Positions 46,401-57,600 of a stretch of 64,000 nucleotides of DNA are shown in pieces; position 1 is the stretch's first letter; every line of letters starts with the position of its first letter. Under the pieces are notes generated by a model. That model ran no database searches. It was not told the DNA's origin and saw only the letters and a list, made by a program, of their open reading frames with translations. The translations under genes and the position numbers were made by a program. The DNA comes from Candidatus Iainarchaeum sp. (lineage in GTDB: Archaea > Iainarchaeota > Iainarchaeia > Iainarchaeales > GCA-2688035): positions 72,265 to 136,264 of the forward strand of contig JAFCCO010000001.1 of the NCBI GenBank assembly GCA_017610175.1. The letters are read 5' to 3'.

Positions 46401-49400
46401 GCGTTCATTGCAGTGGTTAGTGCATCAATTTCCGCCTCTGTGCTTGCAATTTCTTCGGGAATCTTTTTTCCAAGGTCGTCAGTAATTATTTCCTGCCCTT
46501 GCTTTGTTGCGTCAGTCATTGTGTCGCTTGCTTGCCCTGCAAGTTTTCCGGAGCCCTTAAAACCGCTTTTTCCGAATCCAAGGAATCCTCCACTTCCGCC
46601 TGAAGTGTCGAAGAAGCTTGCGGCCGCATCAAGGTTTGGTGGTTTCTCTCCGGCCGATTTTGGAGTTGCGTTCTTTTGCCCTTGTGAATAATTGTTTTGT
46701 GCCTCGCCTGCCATATCCTGTGCTTCTGTTGCCTTGTCAAGCCCGTCCTGTGCTGTGTCTGCAAAGTCTTGTGTATTGTCAAGAGCGGCATCGGTTGCTT
46801 GCTGTATGCCCTCGGTTGCTGCCGTTAATGACTGGGCAGCTCCTGTTACTGCGCCTCCGGCTTGGCAAACAGTGTCAACCTGTGCGGCTTTTCCTGTTTC
46901 AAGTGCTTTGCTGGCTTTTTGAGTTGCATCAGCGGTTTCCTTTGCCTTTTCGGCCGCTTCAACTGCTTTGTCCGCGCTGTCAACCGCTGTTTGGGAGGCT
47001 TCCGCTGCTTTTGATGCGGCATCGCCTGCTTTTGTTGCTGCGTCCCCTCCGTCTGTTATTGCCTGGTCGTCAACTGATTCGGCAGCCTTTTGTGCGCCCT
47101 GCCCTGCTTTCAGCGCTTGCTGGGCTCCCATAATTCCTCCGATTGCGGCTCCGACTCCTGCGCCCGCAAGGTTGAAGAGTTCCTCTTCCTGTTCCTCTGC
47201 CATTCCCCAGGCACATGCGCTTGCGTCAACCGTAACCATTTCGGAGAGGCTTTTGTTCTTCAGCTGTGCTGTGTCCTTGTTTCCCTGCCCTTTGATGTTG
47301 AATTCGTATTTGTCAAGTGAGAAAATGTCGTGCTCTGACATGTCCACAAACACGTCAAGCAGCTTCACTTTTTTGAAGCTTCTTCCAGGAGTTCTTGCCG
47401 AAACCCATACTCCGTACAGTCCGGGAATTGTCTGGCGCATTACTGTTATTTCCTGCACCGGGTTGGTTGGGGTTGTTGAAAATTTTTGCGGCATTACATT
47501 TATTCCGCCCTCTGCCCCGCCGCTGCATCCTGTGTCGTTTCTGCAGAGTGAAAAGTCAATTGTTGTGTTTCCGCAGTTGCTTGCGTCAACCACAAATGTT
47601 GTGCTTCCGTTTTCAACGCCTGGAACAAGCACAACCGATTCCGCGCCCTCGTACGTTACACAGCTTTCAAGGTTCATTATTTTGATTGATGAATCTATAT
47701 AGCTTGGGGAGCTTCCGACCTTTTGGTAGCCTGTTCCCTCGCCTGTAAACATTTCCCCGTCAATTGAAACCTGGAATTCGGCGTCCTGCCCAAGGTAGCC
47801 TTGGAGGGGGGTAAATGTAAGCAGGCCGTAGTAAAGCCCTTCTTCGCGAACGTCCTCAAACATTCTTGACCAGACAATTGGCTTGAGTGTTTCAATATTG
47901 CTTTCAGCTGAAAGGGCGTCCTGCAGGCTTAATTCAACGTTTCCCATTATGTCGCTTTGCCAGTCTATTTTTGCAACAAGCCTGTCGAGCGGTAGGAATT
48001 TTCCCTTGCTCATGCAGTTGTTCTGCACCTCAAACTCGAGCACTGCCGCATTTCCTTGTGTTGTTGTTTCCCACTTGCTTTTTGTTATTACAACACAGTC
48101 TTCTGTTTCAGGCAGGCCGCTTATTGTTACGTTTACCTTTAGGGGGATTATAAAGTCGTAGACAGCTCCAGCGTCCTTGTTTTCAAATGTAAGCCAGACG
48201 CTTCCCTCAAGCTTTTCCGCTTTCCTCAGGATTTCCGAAGCGTTCTCGCTGAGCTTTACCTTAACAAGCTCTACTTCCCTTACCTCATTTCCTTCAATTG
48301 TTGTTCCCTGGAACTGCCCAAGGTAGTTGGCCATTGTGGCTTCATCCAAAAGGCCTTTGAACCGCCCGCTTATGTTTGTTCTTGTCAGTTCAAGCTCGCT
48401 TGGGATAATGTTTGTTATTTCAATAAATTTGTTTGCCTCTGGCTCGTCCTTTGTTGAGAGATTTGAGGTTATTTGTTCCGGCGAAAAGAGTAGAACGTTT
48501 GCGTCAACAAACAGTTCAATCGGTTCTGCGGCATAGCCCGGCTTTTCCGCCCTGATTGTTATTTTTGTTCCCGCTGAAGAGGCCGGGATTGTAAAGCTTG
48601 CTTTTCCCAAACTGTTTGTTGTGTCTGTCCAGCTTTGCTCTGTCCTGTTGTAGGCGCTTTTTGTAATGCTTACTATTGCGTTTTGCAACTCAAACTTTTG
48701 CCCTCCATCAACCAATTCGTAGATTGTAACGTCCATTGGTGTTGCGACAAAGGATGGAACCACAAGCGGCTGAACCTCTATTGCCATGTTCTTTTCGGAT
48801 ACAGCGCGAATTGAAACAATTTTTTGGAACACGATTTTTCCGTCTGCAACCACCTTTATTTCAAAGCTGTCCGAGCCAAGCTCTGTTGGCTTGAACTTAA
48901 GTTTTGCGTTAACCGTTTTGCCTTTGGTGAAGTTTCCAAGGCTGATTTCATCAACCGTCCTTACCCTGATGTTTTCGGCGGTAATTGTTCTTGCGTCCGC
49001 GTCCTGTATTTCGTATTCTGTTATCAGGAATGTTTCATCCAACCCTATTATTGACAGTTCACTGTCGCTGTAAACTGTGCTGCTGTTGTTTGAGATAATA
49101 AAGTTGAATACATGTGGGCTGTTGACGCGTGCCTCGTACGGTGCATATATGTAAAGCCCTTCCTCTTCGTCAAGAATCCATTCGCCGCTGTAGCAGAAGT
49201 CTTCGTCGCACTCCGCAAGCTCTCCCTCGTAATATTCCAGGAAATATGATTTTGCGTAGAGGGCCTGCTTTTGTGAGCTGCTTTCCTCAACCCCTAGTGT
49301 GCTGTCGTAGGGGTCCCTTTCAATTGCGTCGTCAACCTCTGTCCACGCCCTGTAGTGCATTGGAAGCATTGTTTGCGGTGTTATCTGGCTTTTTACCCTT

Positions 49401-51574
49401 ACTTCAATTCCAAAGAAATAGTTTGCGGCCTCTATGTCATCCCACTCAAAGTTAACCCATTTTGCGTCCCCTTTCACACGGTTTTCAAAGTCAACGCTGT
49501 ATCCGGTGGGAGAGGTAAATGTGCTGCCTTTGAGAACTGAGGAAACGTTTCCTGCTATCAGGTCCTTTATTACAAGCGGGTCGTTTGCAAGAAGGCTTTC
49601 GTTTCCAACGCGAAAGTGTGCGCCGCCCCTGTCATAGCCGTCTGTTTCCGGAACGGCCAGCTTGAATTTTAGGATATAACGCTGTCCGGCATTTAGTGAG
49701 CCGGCAGGCTGCATGCTTGGTGTGAATGCGCCGACAAAGTCTATTTTTGGCTCGCCTGAAATAAGTCTTGGCTCAAGCTCTGCCAAAAAGTTAACAGTTG
49801 TTTCCGGGTAAAGCTGCTTTGGCATTGTGTGGACTGTTTGGAAATTGGGGTGTTTTATAACTGCGTAAACTTTCTTGTCCGCTTTCAATGAGTAGCTTGC
49901 TGTCCCGTCCGTTAGCGGAATTTTTCCAAGGCTTGTTCCTGTTATTGAAAAGAATTCAACGTCTGATTCTGCAACACTCTGCCCTTCCTCATCAACTGCC
50001 GCAACATTTACTGTTGTTTCCCCAATAAAAAGCTCTACAACAAAGTCGGTTACCGTTCTTATGTCAATCTTCTTTCCGTCCAATTTGTTGTCTCCGGATG
50101 AGGGGAATTTTTCAACATAGATGTAGTATGACTCTTCCTTGACTCCGATAAATTCTGCGTTCCCGTTGAAGTCCGTTATTTCGGCGTCGTAGGGTGCCAA
50201 AAAATCATTTTCAAGGAAGCGAAGCTTTACTTTTGCGTTTTCAACAGGCACTTCGTCCTCGTCAAAAACCCTTACATTAATTCTCCCGCTGTTTTCAGCA
50301 GTCATTTTCTCCATTTCCAGCTCTATTACCCCGTCAATTTCGCCTGCGAGATCAAGTTCTCCGTAGAGGTAATCATCGTGCACGCTGTAAAGGATGTAAT
50401 CGTCATCTTCCTCTATTGGGAAAATTACTGGCTCTCCTGCTTCGCCTGTTTTGCTCTCTGCAACGGTTTTGCCGTCCGCCCCAACAAGCCTTATTGCGGC
50501 GTCTGCAATTTCGGCACCTGAATCGGCATCGACCGCTGTGATTTCAAGCGTTCCCTTAATGCTTTTGCTTACCACAACGTTGACAGATTCTGTTTCGTCA
50601 ACGCTAATTCTGATGTTTTCCTCGGTTGCAATTGCGTAATTCCCTGCCGTGTCCTGCACGCCCACACTGTATGTGCCCTGCACAATGTCCCTGAAAATTG
50701 TTTCACCGTAGAATTGCGTAAATTTCTCCTGTTCCTTCAATCCGTCTGCGTCAAACAGGCTTACTTTAAAGCTGACCGTGTCAAGAAGCTTTCCCTGCTT
50801 GTCCTTTATTTTTACCCTCAGGCTTCCAATTGCAGTTTCCTCTTCCTGCAGCCTCAGGGTTACAATGCTTTTGTCTAAGAGATACACATCTCCCGCAAAT
50901 TCAACGGGTTCGAGGACAGTTGCCTGCATCACTCCGCAGCCTGGCGGTTCCTGCACCGTTATTGTTCCATCCCGATCCTCATCAATAACTTCCGGGGGGA
51001 CAGGGGTTATTCCGCTTGAGCAGGCAAGCCTTACCCTAATTGGCTTTGATGAAATCCTTTCCCCGTTTGTGTACTGGAAAACAAGTGTTCTTTCAATGAT
51101 GTCAGGCAGGCTTCTTTTAAGCTTTATCAGTTTCTCCTGCGCCCCTGTTGAGACAAGAACTGTGTCCTCAAAGGGCAAAAATTCGGTTCCGCCAATCGTA
51201 AGTGTTTTGATTCTAAGTTTTGCCTCTTCCCCTGCCGGGAGGATAAGCAGTGCTTTTCCACTGCTGTCGGTCAAAACGGTTCCGGTTAGGTCACCTGAAA
51301 TGAATGTAATTTCCACGTTTGCCAAAGGGTTGCCTGCATCGTCTTCCAGCAGCACATTGACTACTCCCTGCTGGATTGTAAGCACTGGGAGAAGGAAAAT
51401 CGCGCCCAGCCCAATGACTGTAACAATTAGGATTGCAAGCAGGGACGGGAAAACGCTGTCGATTGGGTCTACAACCTTGTAAATGGGAATGTAGTTGTTT
51501 AGATTGTCAAGCACGGAATAGTACTTGTCTTCAACCGAAAAGTAAAGGTCCTTTATGTTGTCAACTATTCCCAT
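43499..51574 (-). CDS. Giant surface protein (2691 aa), N-terminal membrane anchor, Ig-like/CarbopepD_reg-like repeats, central glycine-zipper/low-complexity/Cys module
   Basis: Single uninterrupted ORF; N-terminus DLYFSVEDKYYSVLDNL...IPIYKVVDPIDSVFPSLLAILIVTVIGLGAIFLLPVL; C-terminus ...FWWNPKTLYEMVGSYSSLSEIEEGLAADQTCIGYGS; both ends homologous to the next giant gene. Confidence 0.7.
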   Translation of the reverse strand: MGIVDNIKDLYFSVEDKYYSVLDNLNNYIPIYKVVDPIDSVFPSLLAILIVTVIGLGAIFLLPVLTIQQGVVNVLLEDDAGNPLANVEITFISGDLTGTVLTDSSGKALLILPAGEEAKLRIKTLTIGGTEFLPFEDTVLVSTGAQEKLIKLKRSLPDIIERTLVFQYTNGERISSKPIRVRLACSSGITPVPPEVIDEDRDGTITVQEPPGCGVMQATVLEPVEFAGDVYLLDKSIVTLRLQEEETAIGSLRVKIKDKQGKLLDTVSFKVSLFDADGLKEQEKFTQFYGETIFRDIVQGTYSVGVQDTAGNYAIATEENIRISVDETESVNVVVSKSIKGTLEITAVDADSGAEIADAAIRLVGADGKTVAESKTGEAGEPVIFPIEEDDDYILYSVHDDYLYGELDLAGEIDGVIELEMEKMTAENSGRINVRVFDEDEVPVENAKVKLRFLENDFLAPYDAEITDFNGNAEFIGVKEESYYIYVEKFPSSGDNKLDGKKIDIRTVTDFVVELFIGETTVNVAAVDEEGQSVAESDVEFFSITGTSLGKIPLTDGTASYSLKADKKVYAVIKHPNFQTVHTMPKQLYPETTVNFLAELEPRLISGEPKIDFVGAFTPSMQPAGSLNAGQRYILKFKLAVPETDGYDRGGAHFRVGNESLLANDPLVIKDLIAGNVSSVLKGSTFTSPTGYSVDFENRVKGDAKWVNFEWDDIEAANYFFGIEVRVKSQITPQTMLPMHYRAWTEVDDAIERDPYDSTLGVEESSSQKQALYAKSYFLEYYEGELAECDEDFCYSGEWILDEEEGLYIYAPYEARVNSPHVFNFIISNNSSTVYSDSELSIIGLDETFLITEYEIQDADARTITAENIRVRTVDEISLGNFTKGKTVNAKLKFKPTELGSDSFEIKVVADGKIVFQKIVSIRAVSEKNMAIEVQPLVVPSFVATPMDVTIYELVDGGQKFELQNAIVSITKSAYNRTEQSWTDTTNSLGKASFTIPASSAGTKITIRAEKPGYAAEPIELFVDANVLLFSPEQITSNLSTKDEPEANKFIEITNIIPSELELTRTNISGRFKGLLDEATMANYLGQFQGTTIEGNEVREVELVKVKLSENASEILRKAEKLEGSVWLTFENKDAGAVYDFIIPLKVNVTISGLPETEDCVVITKSKWETTTQGNAAVLEFEVQNNCMSKGKFLPLDRLVAKIDWQSDIMGNVELSLQDALSAESNIETLKPIVWSRMFEDVREEGLYYGLLTFTPLQGYLGQDAEFQVSIDGEMFTGEGTGYQKVGSSPSYIDSSIKIMNLESCVTYEGAESVVLVPGVENGSTTFVVDASNCGNTTIDFSLCRNDTGCSGGAEGGINVMPQKFSTTPTNPVQEITVMRQTIPGLYGVWVSARTPGRSFKKVKLLDVFVDMSEHDIFSLDKYEFNIKGQGNKDTAQLKNKSLSEMVTVDASACAWGMAEEQEEELFNLAGAGVGAAIGGIMGAQQALKAGQGAQKAAESVDDQAITDGGDAATKAGDAASKAAEASQTAVDSADKAVEAAEKAKETADATQKASKALETGKAAQVDTVCQAGGAVTGAAQSLTAATEGIQQATDAALDNTQDFADTAQDGLDKATEAQDMAGEAQNNYSQGQKNATPKSAGEKPPNLDAAASFFDTSGGSGGFLGFGKSGFKGSGKLAGQASDTMTDATKQGQEIITDDLGKKIPEEIASTEAEIDALTTAMNAARPPCLARSCAPGTCCPPKCVPTCPGAACEAAIDEAIVELQAFKTEQLAEMEAENEAMKTAMGSAKDTIKDTISDQLKNSIKGIDDAVPAVKNALKAAKAASKAAEGMAMASSMQKGDFWAITGTFAALGALAGGLLGGLFGADDDPCAQRVQQPLVDYIINLKEDALPLTIDRQGIAGTWNTEDAKVFGTWERQDVAVVFENTALEESEPVYGTTAFSATKHNHANPTIIPGDDGDFGPFNVPDISAETFTQRIHLKFNTKTIIDKIPPYRPESGCLQGTMFGTTGYDALPRVKLSWAWNEVSGITNESCLAENPNGIYCDATQFGIMLTKRIKILEDFLKENPVITCPDNPAMLVLEQIQAPMETHEVPSGTMGLSAIEKSVAGTTAAVAVKIENNSGFDKSGDIEIYLVAPGGISLSAGQQTCTQAAFVPAGSTETVSCGFVDLPESSGYYSARAKLISEDTINRNDVNSEVPEYFDAEYQDRTSSLTVSFLIPGTQEEGTCWLPYSTRLFDGKPALEYYLEEMDEFGEVVWTDEIQNLNDFRDYVQFKVSLMEDGYSTDFQSDFVDYYDEIAFMDAPEWFVSRGDGAFIDYFGDTSRMHFVRRYVNSTKLSNAGKYDILLKIDFENKDFTLFDTSGDPTAEIEISMYIAEEPFPNSIFYYLPFNGELGKTTSNGRVGYGLDYINAGDAFTVNSDDGILVNTEEISGSTTVSTLNTDTVFGFKNINSLASNRGMLLKIKRGSSYNENDLLFYPHYATPVMMVINKGSTDEPFSAFFELLDVDQPQEVGSSLSFWTGAGQCLDFTGIPVFEKFSNTPDREGVSGDPLAVWQYAYALDWKDAERSGDVYLKTYIYTPTNGSFALKGIAPEGLAFLTPDSALASSVELKGISTMNNNSKSARDSVAELQDLFELVEAGDVCVTDTGSETSFWWNPKTLYEMVGSYSSLSEIEEGLAADQTCIGYGS

Positions 51575-51607
51575 TCAAAAACCATTCCATTTGGATTTTA
51601 AGCCTTT

Positions 51608-54600
51608 TTAAGACGCGCCTATGCAGTCTGCTTCTGCCTTGCTTCTTTCGCCTGCAAGCTCTTCAAGGATTACCTTTGGGTTCCAGAAGAACTGGTTGCT
51701 TATCCTGTTGTCTGAACCGATTAGGCAGACCTTTCCTTCGCTTACAAGGTCGAATACATCCTCTACCGAATCAATACTGCTTGAGCCATAGCTGTTGAAC
51801 TGCATTCCGGGAACTCCGTTCAATGCAATCTGTGTGCCTATGTTGTCAACTGCGATTAAGGCCATTTCGTCTGAGTATGATCTTCTCTGCATCAGGCTGC
51901 TTGTGTTCTGTGGTGTGAAAACAACACTTTGCAGGTAGGTGTTTCCCTTCCTGATTGGGTTGCACCATTCAATTCCGTAATCCTGAATATCTGTTCCTCT
52001 TGCACAGCTTATGTTTGCCGTTACCCCTCCGTGCACGTCCCAAGTGTTCTGCCATGCGTCAAGCATTGGGCTGTCCTCAAAGTCGCGGCAGTTTGTTCCA
52101 ACCCCGTCCCATGGGATCATCTTTGAGAATGCCGTTTCTGGGCTTCCTCCAACTTCAATAGAGTAGAATCCGTAAGCGTCCTCTCCCTCTCCGTAACCAA
52201 CCTTCATCATTATTGGGGTGGCGTAGCTTGGGCTGAGCACAATATTTGTTTCGTCTGCTCCTGCCTGCACATCAAGCAGTATTCCCCTTCTGTCAATGTT
52301 CAGTCTCCTGAAGTCATCGTTGAATCCTGCGTTAACCCATCCTCCGAATACAGGGGTGCTTGCCGCAAGGTTTGTTGAAACAACCAGGTGGTCTGATTCG
52401 CTGTTGATGCTGATTGTTTCCTCGCTTGTTTGCCTGAAATTAACTCCGTATCCCTGCCTTCCGTTAAGTGAATCCGCCCCAATCCTTCCGTCAAACGGCA
52501 GGTAGTAGAACGGGCTGTCGGGTTCAGGCATGCTGAGCTGTGACATTCTAACCTTTACAACAGCATCAGGCTGTCCGTTTGAGAAGAATTCCCAGTTGTC
52601 GTTGTTGAATTCAACGTCAAGGGTAATTTCGTACTTTCCGGCCTGCAGCGGTGAGTGCGGTGCCTGTGCATAATCAAATATGAAGTTGTCCCCGCTTGAG
52701 AAATATTTTCCAAAGCTGTCGTCTCCCTCGTAGTACCACGCCGGGCAGTCGAAGAAGCTCTGGTGCACGCAGAACTCGTGGAAGTCGGCCCTGAAATCGT
52801 TTGTGTATGCATCTCTTATGAGGAATGCGTTGAATTTCAGCAGTTTTAGCATTTCTTCCTTGTCTGCACTGCTCCAGGCGTTGTTTCCTGCAACCTCTGT
52901 TGCCTCAAGGAACTGCTTGAACCTTAGGGTTGTGTATGGCTCGCATTCCTCTATTCCAAGCTCTCCCATTATTAGCGTTGTGCTTATGCTGTCTGAGTCC
53001 TCGTCATTGTTTTCGCAGTCCGGGCAAAGCGTTGGCACGATTATTGCCTCTGTTTTGTATGACCCTGCCGGCACTCCCGTGAACAGGCAGTCAACTATTT
53101 CCCTGCTTATGAGCTCAATTTCCTTTGTGCAGCTTTTTACAAGCGCGTCTGTTTCCGCGTTCTTTATGTTAATTGTTACCTCAACCGCCATTGCCTTGTT
53201 GTTGTTGCTTTCAACGGTTGCAAATATGTTTGCGTCGTTGTTGACCTTTCTTGCCTGGATTTTTGTTAGTGCGACATCTGCAACTGTTGAAATGATTGGC
53301 CTTTCTTTTACAGATGAGGCGCTTCCCGGGCTTGGGCAGTCAAACGGTTTGTTTTCCTGGATGAATTCCTGCAGTTTCTTTACCTTGCGTAGCAATTCAA
53401 TGCTGAACTGTGTTGCATCACAGTATATGTAATCGTCATTTCCCTCGTCGCAGGTATCAATGTTTATGCTGTCCCAGTCCCATTTGAACAAAACCTTTGG
53501 AACTGCCGCTTTCCCTGTGACCCCAACTTTGGTTCCAAGCTTGCAGTTCGGAATTGGCCCCGGCTCTTTCTGCGCTTCAAGCGGGTTGAAGGCGTTGAGC
53601 TGTATCTTGAATCTTTGTGAGTATGCGTCCCTTGACTCTTCCTCAATTTCTTCAGGCCTTGTTTCTTCGTCAAACTCATATTCGGTCACATAATTGATCC
53701 TTTCACCGCTTACTTTCAGTGTCCTATAAATTGGTGTTGCAGGGTCAGGCTGCACAACCCCTGTTGTGTTAATAACGTCAAGCCTTGTGTATTCCACATT
53801 GAGCCTTTCGTTTTCGCGGTTTGGCTCGGTGTATGATTCGTCCCGCAGTTGTACTATTATGTCCTCGCTTGGCACTTCCTCTATTGTGGTTTCGGTTTCC
53901 TCACCTTCTCCCTCAATAGTGAGCAATGCCCCTGGCAGGAACAGTTCTGCGGTGTGAACCTCAATGTCCCTCAAAATCTCTGTGAATGTAAATGTTCCGT
54001 CTTCCTGCTGTGAGTAAGCCCAGAGCGTTCCCATCAAAAAGCCCTGAATGCCCCAGCTTGCAAAGCTTGGCGGGCCCATTATTCCCTTTGCAATTCCACC
54101 AACCATTCCGCCCATCATGCCCTGTCCAATTCCTGAACCGATCGACTGCGCTGCGCCTGTTGCAAGGCCTGTTGGCCCTAGGATTGGCTCGTCTGATGGG
54201 GCGGCATAATCAGTTCTTGGGAGTTGTGGTTGTTCAACAGGGGGTTTTGGTTGTTCAACTGGGGCTGCTGGTTGTTGTACTGGCGGACTAACTGGTTTTG
54301 GTACAACTGCAGGGGCTGCAGGCTTGTCTCCGCCCGCTTCCAATCCTCCAAGTATTCCTTTATCTGTTATTCGGACTCCTTTTTTGTCGCGCCAGTCCTC
54401 GCCATCATAAATGTATTCTCGCCCTCCAAATGTTCTTTTAATTTCCTTGCCGCCGCCTTTTGCTGCGTCTTTTGCGGCGCCTGTAAAGAAGCTGCTTCCT
54501 TCACCCATTGCTGAGAATCCACCTGCAAGGCCCATTGCGAGGCCCACAATTGCGCCTGTTTTCATGGCGTCCATCCAGCTGTGCTCGTCCCATTCAACGG

Positions 54601-57600
54601 TTATTTCAACTGCCTTGTCGTAGCAGTTGTTGATTACCTCTGATGTGTCAAACCCATCTGTTGCGTTTGCAGGGTCATCAAACACTTCGAACTCGTATTT
54701 TGTCAAATCAAGGCATTTGCCACTAAAGATTCTTGCCCTCACCGTTTTGACCAGTTTTTTCTGTGTCTGGTCCGAGCCCTTTGCGTAAATGTTTATTGGG
54801 TACTGTCCTGGAATGTTTCTTTCCGCATACACTTCAATCTCTTTTGACTCGTCAGATGTCATTGAAAGGGTCCTTTTTGAAAGGGTCAGTTCTGATTCAA
54901 GTGTTATTTGGGTCTGTGGCCCGCAGTTTCCAAGTGTTTCAATGTTGAATACGTCGCTTTTCCTTGGGGCAATTATCAAAACTTCCTTGTCAACGTATAT
55001 GCAGTCCACAAGGTTTGCGGTGGTCAGCTCTGCCAGAAGCTTGTCTGTTAAAAGCTGCACTTTTGCGTCCGTTGGGTTGCCTGCCTGAAAGATTATTTCC
55101 GCGTTTGCTATTCCGTCTATTGCGGCGTCAGGCATGAATGAGAGTACAACCGAGATTGTTTCCCCTTCGGCAAGCCTTGCCGCAAATTTCCTGAAGTAAC
55201 CGCTTCTAAGTTCTATTGCCGCCTGCTCGGTTCTTAGTTCAAATTGCCCCACACTATTGCCCTGCCATGCGACCTTTACCTCAATGTCCTTTAATTCAAC
55301 AGGGTTGCCTTCTTTTGCGCAGTTGTTTTGCACTTCAAACTCAACTTCAATGGGGTTTCCTTCTGTAAAGCCCTTCCATTCCTTCTTTGTTATGCTAAAG
55401 CACGTGGGGTCTGTTACCTCGCCTCCCAATCCAATGCTTACAGTTGTTGGAACGTTAAATTCCCACAGTGAACCGTATGCGCTAAGCCCTACCTGGAGCT
55501 CTCCCTGCAGTGTTTTTGCTTCTGAAACCTGTTTTCCGGCATCGCTTAGGAATGCTTTCAGGCTGTATTCCCTTTCTGCCCCTGCCTTGATTGTTTCGCC
55601 TTCAAATGTGAAGAGCCAGTTTCTGATGCGTTCCTCGTCAAGCAAATTGCGGAACCGCCCGTCCAGTTCAAGGCTTGATATTTTAACGTCAAAGCTTGAC
55701 AGGTTTTCAATTGTGAATTTCTTTTCGCCCTCTGGGTCTGTTGCAACGTTTAGCGAGATTCCGAGCCTTGACGGCTTTATTGAGACAATTTCCTCGTTTA
55801 CCCCAAGTTCCCTTTCGTAGAGTTCAAAGTCAAGCTTTTCAATCTGAAGCTTTAGTTTTTCTCCGGGGGAAAGTGCTGGCAGTGTAAGTATTGCGATTCC
55901 CTTGCTGTTGGATGTCTTTTCCGCCAGAACGTCTCCAAACTTGTCCCTTACTTTTACTGTTGCGTCTGCAACTTCAAGGCCTGCCTGGTTTTTCACGGTA
56001 ACTGTTATCTTGTTTTCAATTCCGCTTGGAAGAAGTTCCGGCACAACAACTGTTTCAAACCTGTTTGCGGCAGTTACCCCTATTGTGATTGTTTTTGAGA
56101 ATACAATTCTTTGCCCTGACCTAATTTCTATCAGAAGCGGGGCTGTTCCAGACTGGTTTGGTGTGAAGTTAACGCGCCCGGTTGCGCTTCTGTTGGGCAG
56201 CAAATCCCCGATTGGAATCCAACCTGTTTCGTTGTCGTTTGCCTCTCCGGGGATTGTTGTTCCCTGTGCGCCGGTAATTTCGTAATCGTTTATCAAAAGC
56301 GAGTCGTTTTCGTTAACAAGCCTGATTTCTGCCCCAAGGTATGAGTCTGTTTCAAACTCCGAGTTGTTGAGAATGCTGAAGTTGAGCTTGTATTCCCTGA
56401 ATATTTTTCCCGTAAAAGACTCTGAAACGCTTTGTGCAAGCCCTTCTGAGAGGTCAAGAATGTTTGCCGAGAAGCAGAACTGCTCGTCACAAACGGTTTC
56501 TGTCCCAACCTGGAAAACTTCCCTGTGGGTGTTTGCGTAAAGTGATTCTGAAACCCCGTCCACGCTTCCAAGCACTTCATCAATCGGGTTTCTTACAAAT
56601 TCGCTGTCCTGTTCAGCCCACGCCCTGTAGTGGATTGACAGTTCGTCCTCGACTTCTGCGGTTTCCTTTACTTCAATCTCCACTTCCACGTCGGTTAGGC
56701 CTGTTGCAAAGTTTCTGATAATAATGTTTGCCCACTTGGCTTTGTCACTGCTTATGTGTTCGGAGTCAACGTCGTATCCGTTTTCGGGGCTGTAGGATGT
56801 TGCCTTGATTATTCCGGCTTCCCCCGGGACGTTCAATTCTTTTATCACAAGCTTGTCAAGTTCCATTATTTTCTTGTCGCCTGTTCTTACATGCATTCCG
56901 ATTGATTCATAATTTGTGTTTGCAGGAACCCTTAGCTGGAACATTGCCTTATATCTTCGCCCTGGCGCAAGCACTGAAACGATTTTTCCCTGCTTGTTGA
57001 AAATGCCCTTGAATTCAACCTTTATGTCCCCTGAAATTATCTCTTTTTCAAGAACCGCTGTGATTTCCTGCACTCCGTTTGGTGGAACTGAGTAAATCAG
57101 GGATGTGTAGTTTGTGTACCCCTTTTTGCTTGCGATTATGTAAATTTTCTTGTCCGCGCGGGTGGTAAGGTCAAGCGTGCCGTTTATGTCTTCCACCGGC
57201 TTGCTTCCCCCTCCAACAATTTTGTCTCCCACAACTTCGATGAATGCAACTGTTGCAAACTGAAGCGGGTTTCCGTCCTCATCTAGCACGCGTGCCCTAA
57301 TTGTTCCGTCCGGAACCGTTAAGACAACGGTTACAATTGTTTTGTCCGCAGCCCTTTCAATAAAGTGCTCCACTTCGCTCCATCCTGAGCTTGATGCCTT
57401 GAATGCAAATGCCTTGTAGTCCCCTGACTTCACGCCCTTAAAGCTTGCGATTCCGTTTATGTCCGTTGTCTGGTTTTGGAACCCAAGGGAGAAGCCGTCC
57501 GGGCTGTGCAGTGAAACTGTTGTGTTTTTCACAAGCCTTCCTGTCTGGTCAATTACCTTTACCTTCATTGTTCCGCCGCATGCAGGGGTGTATGGCTCAA

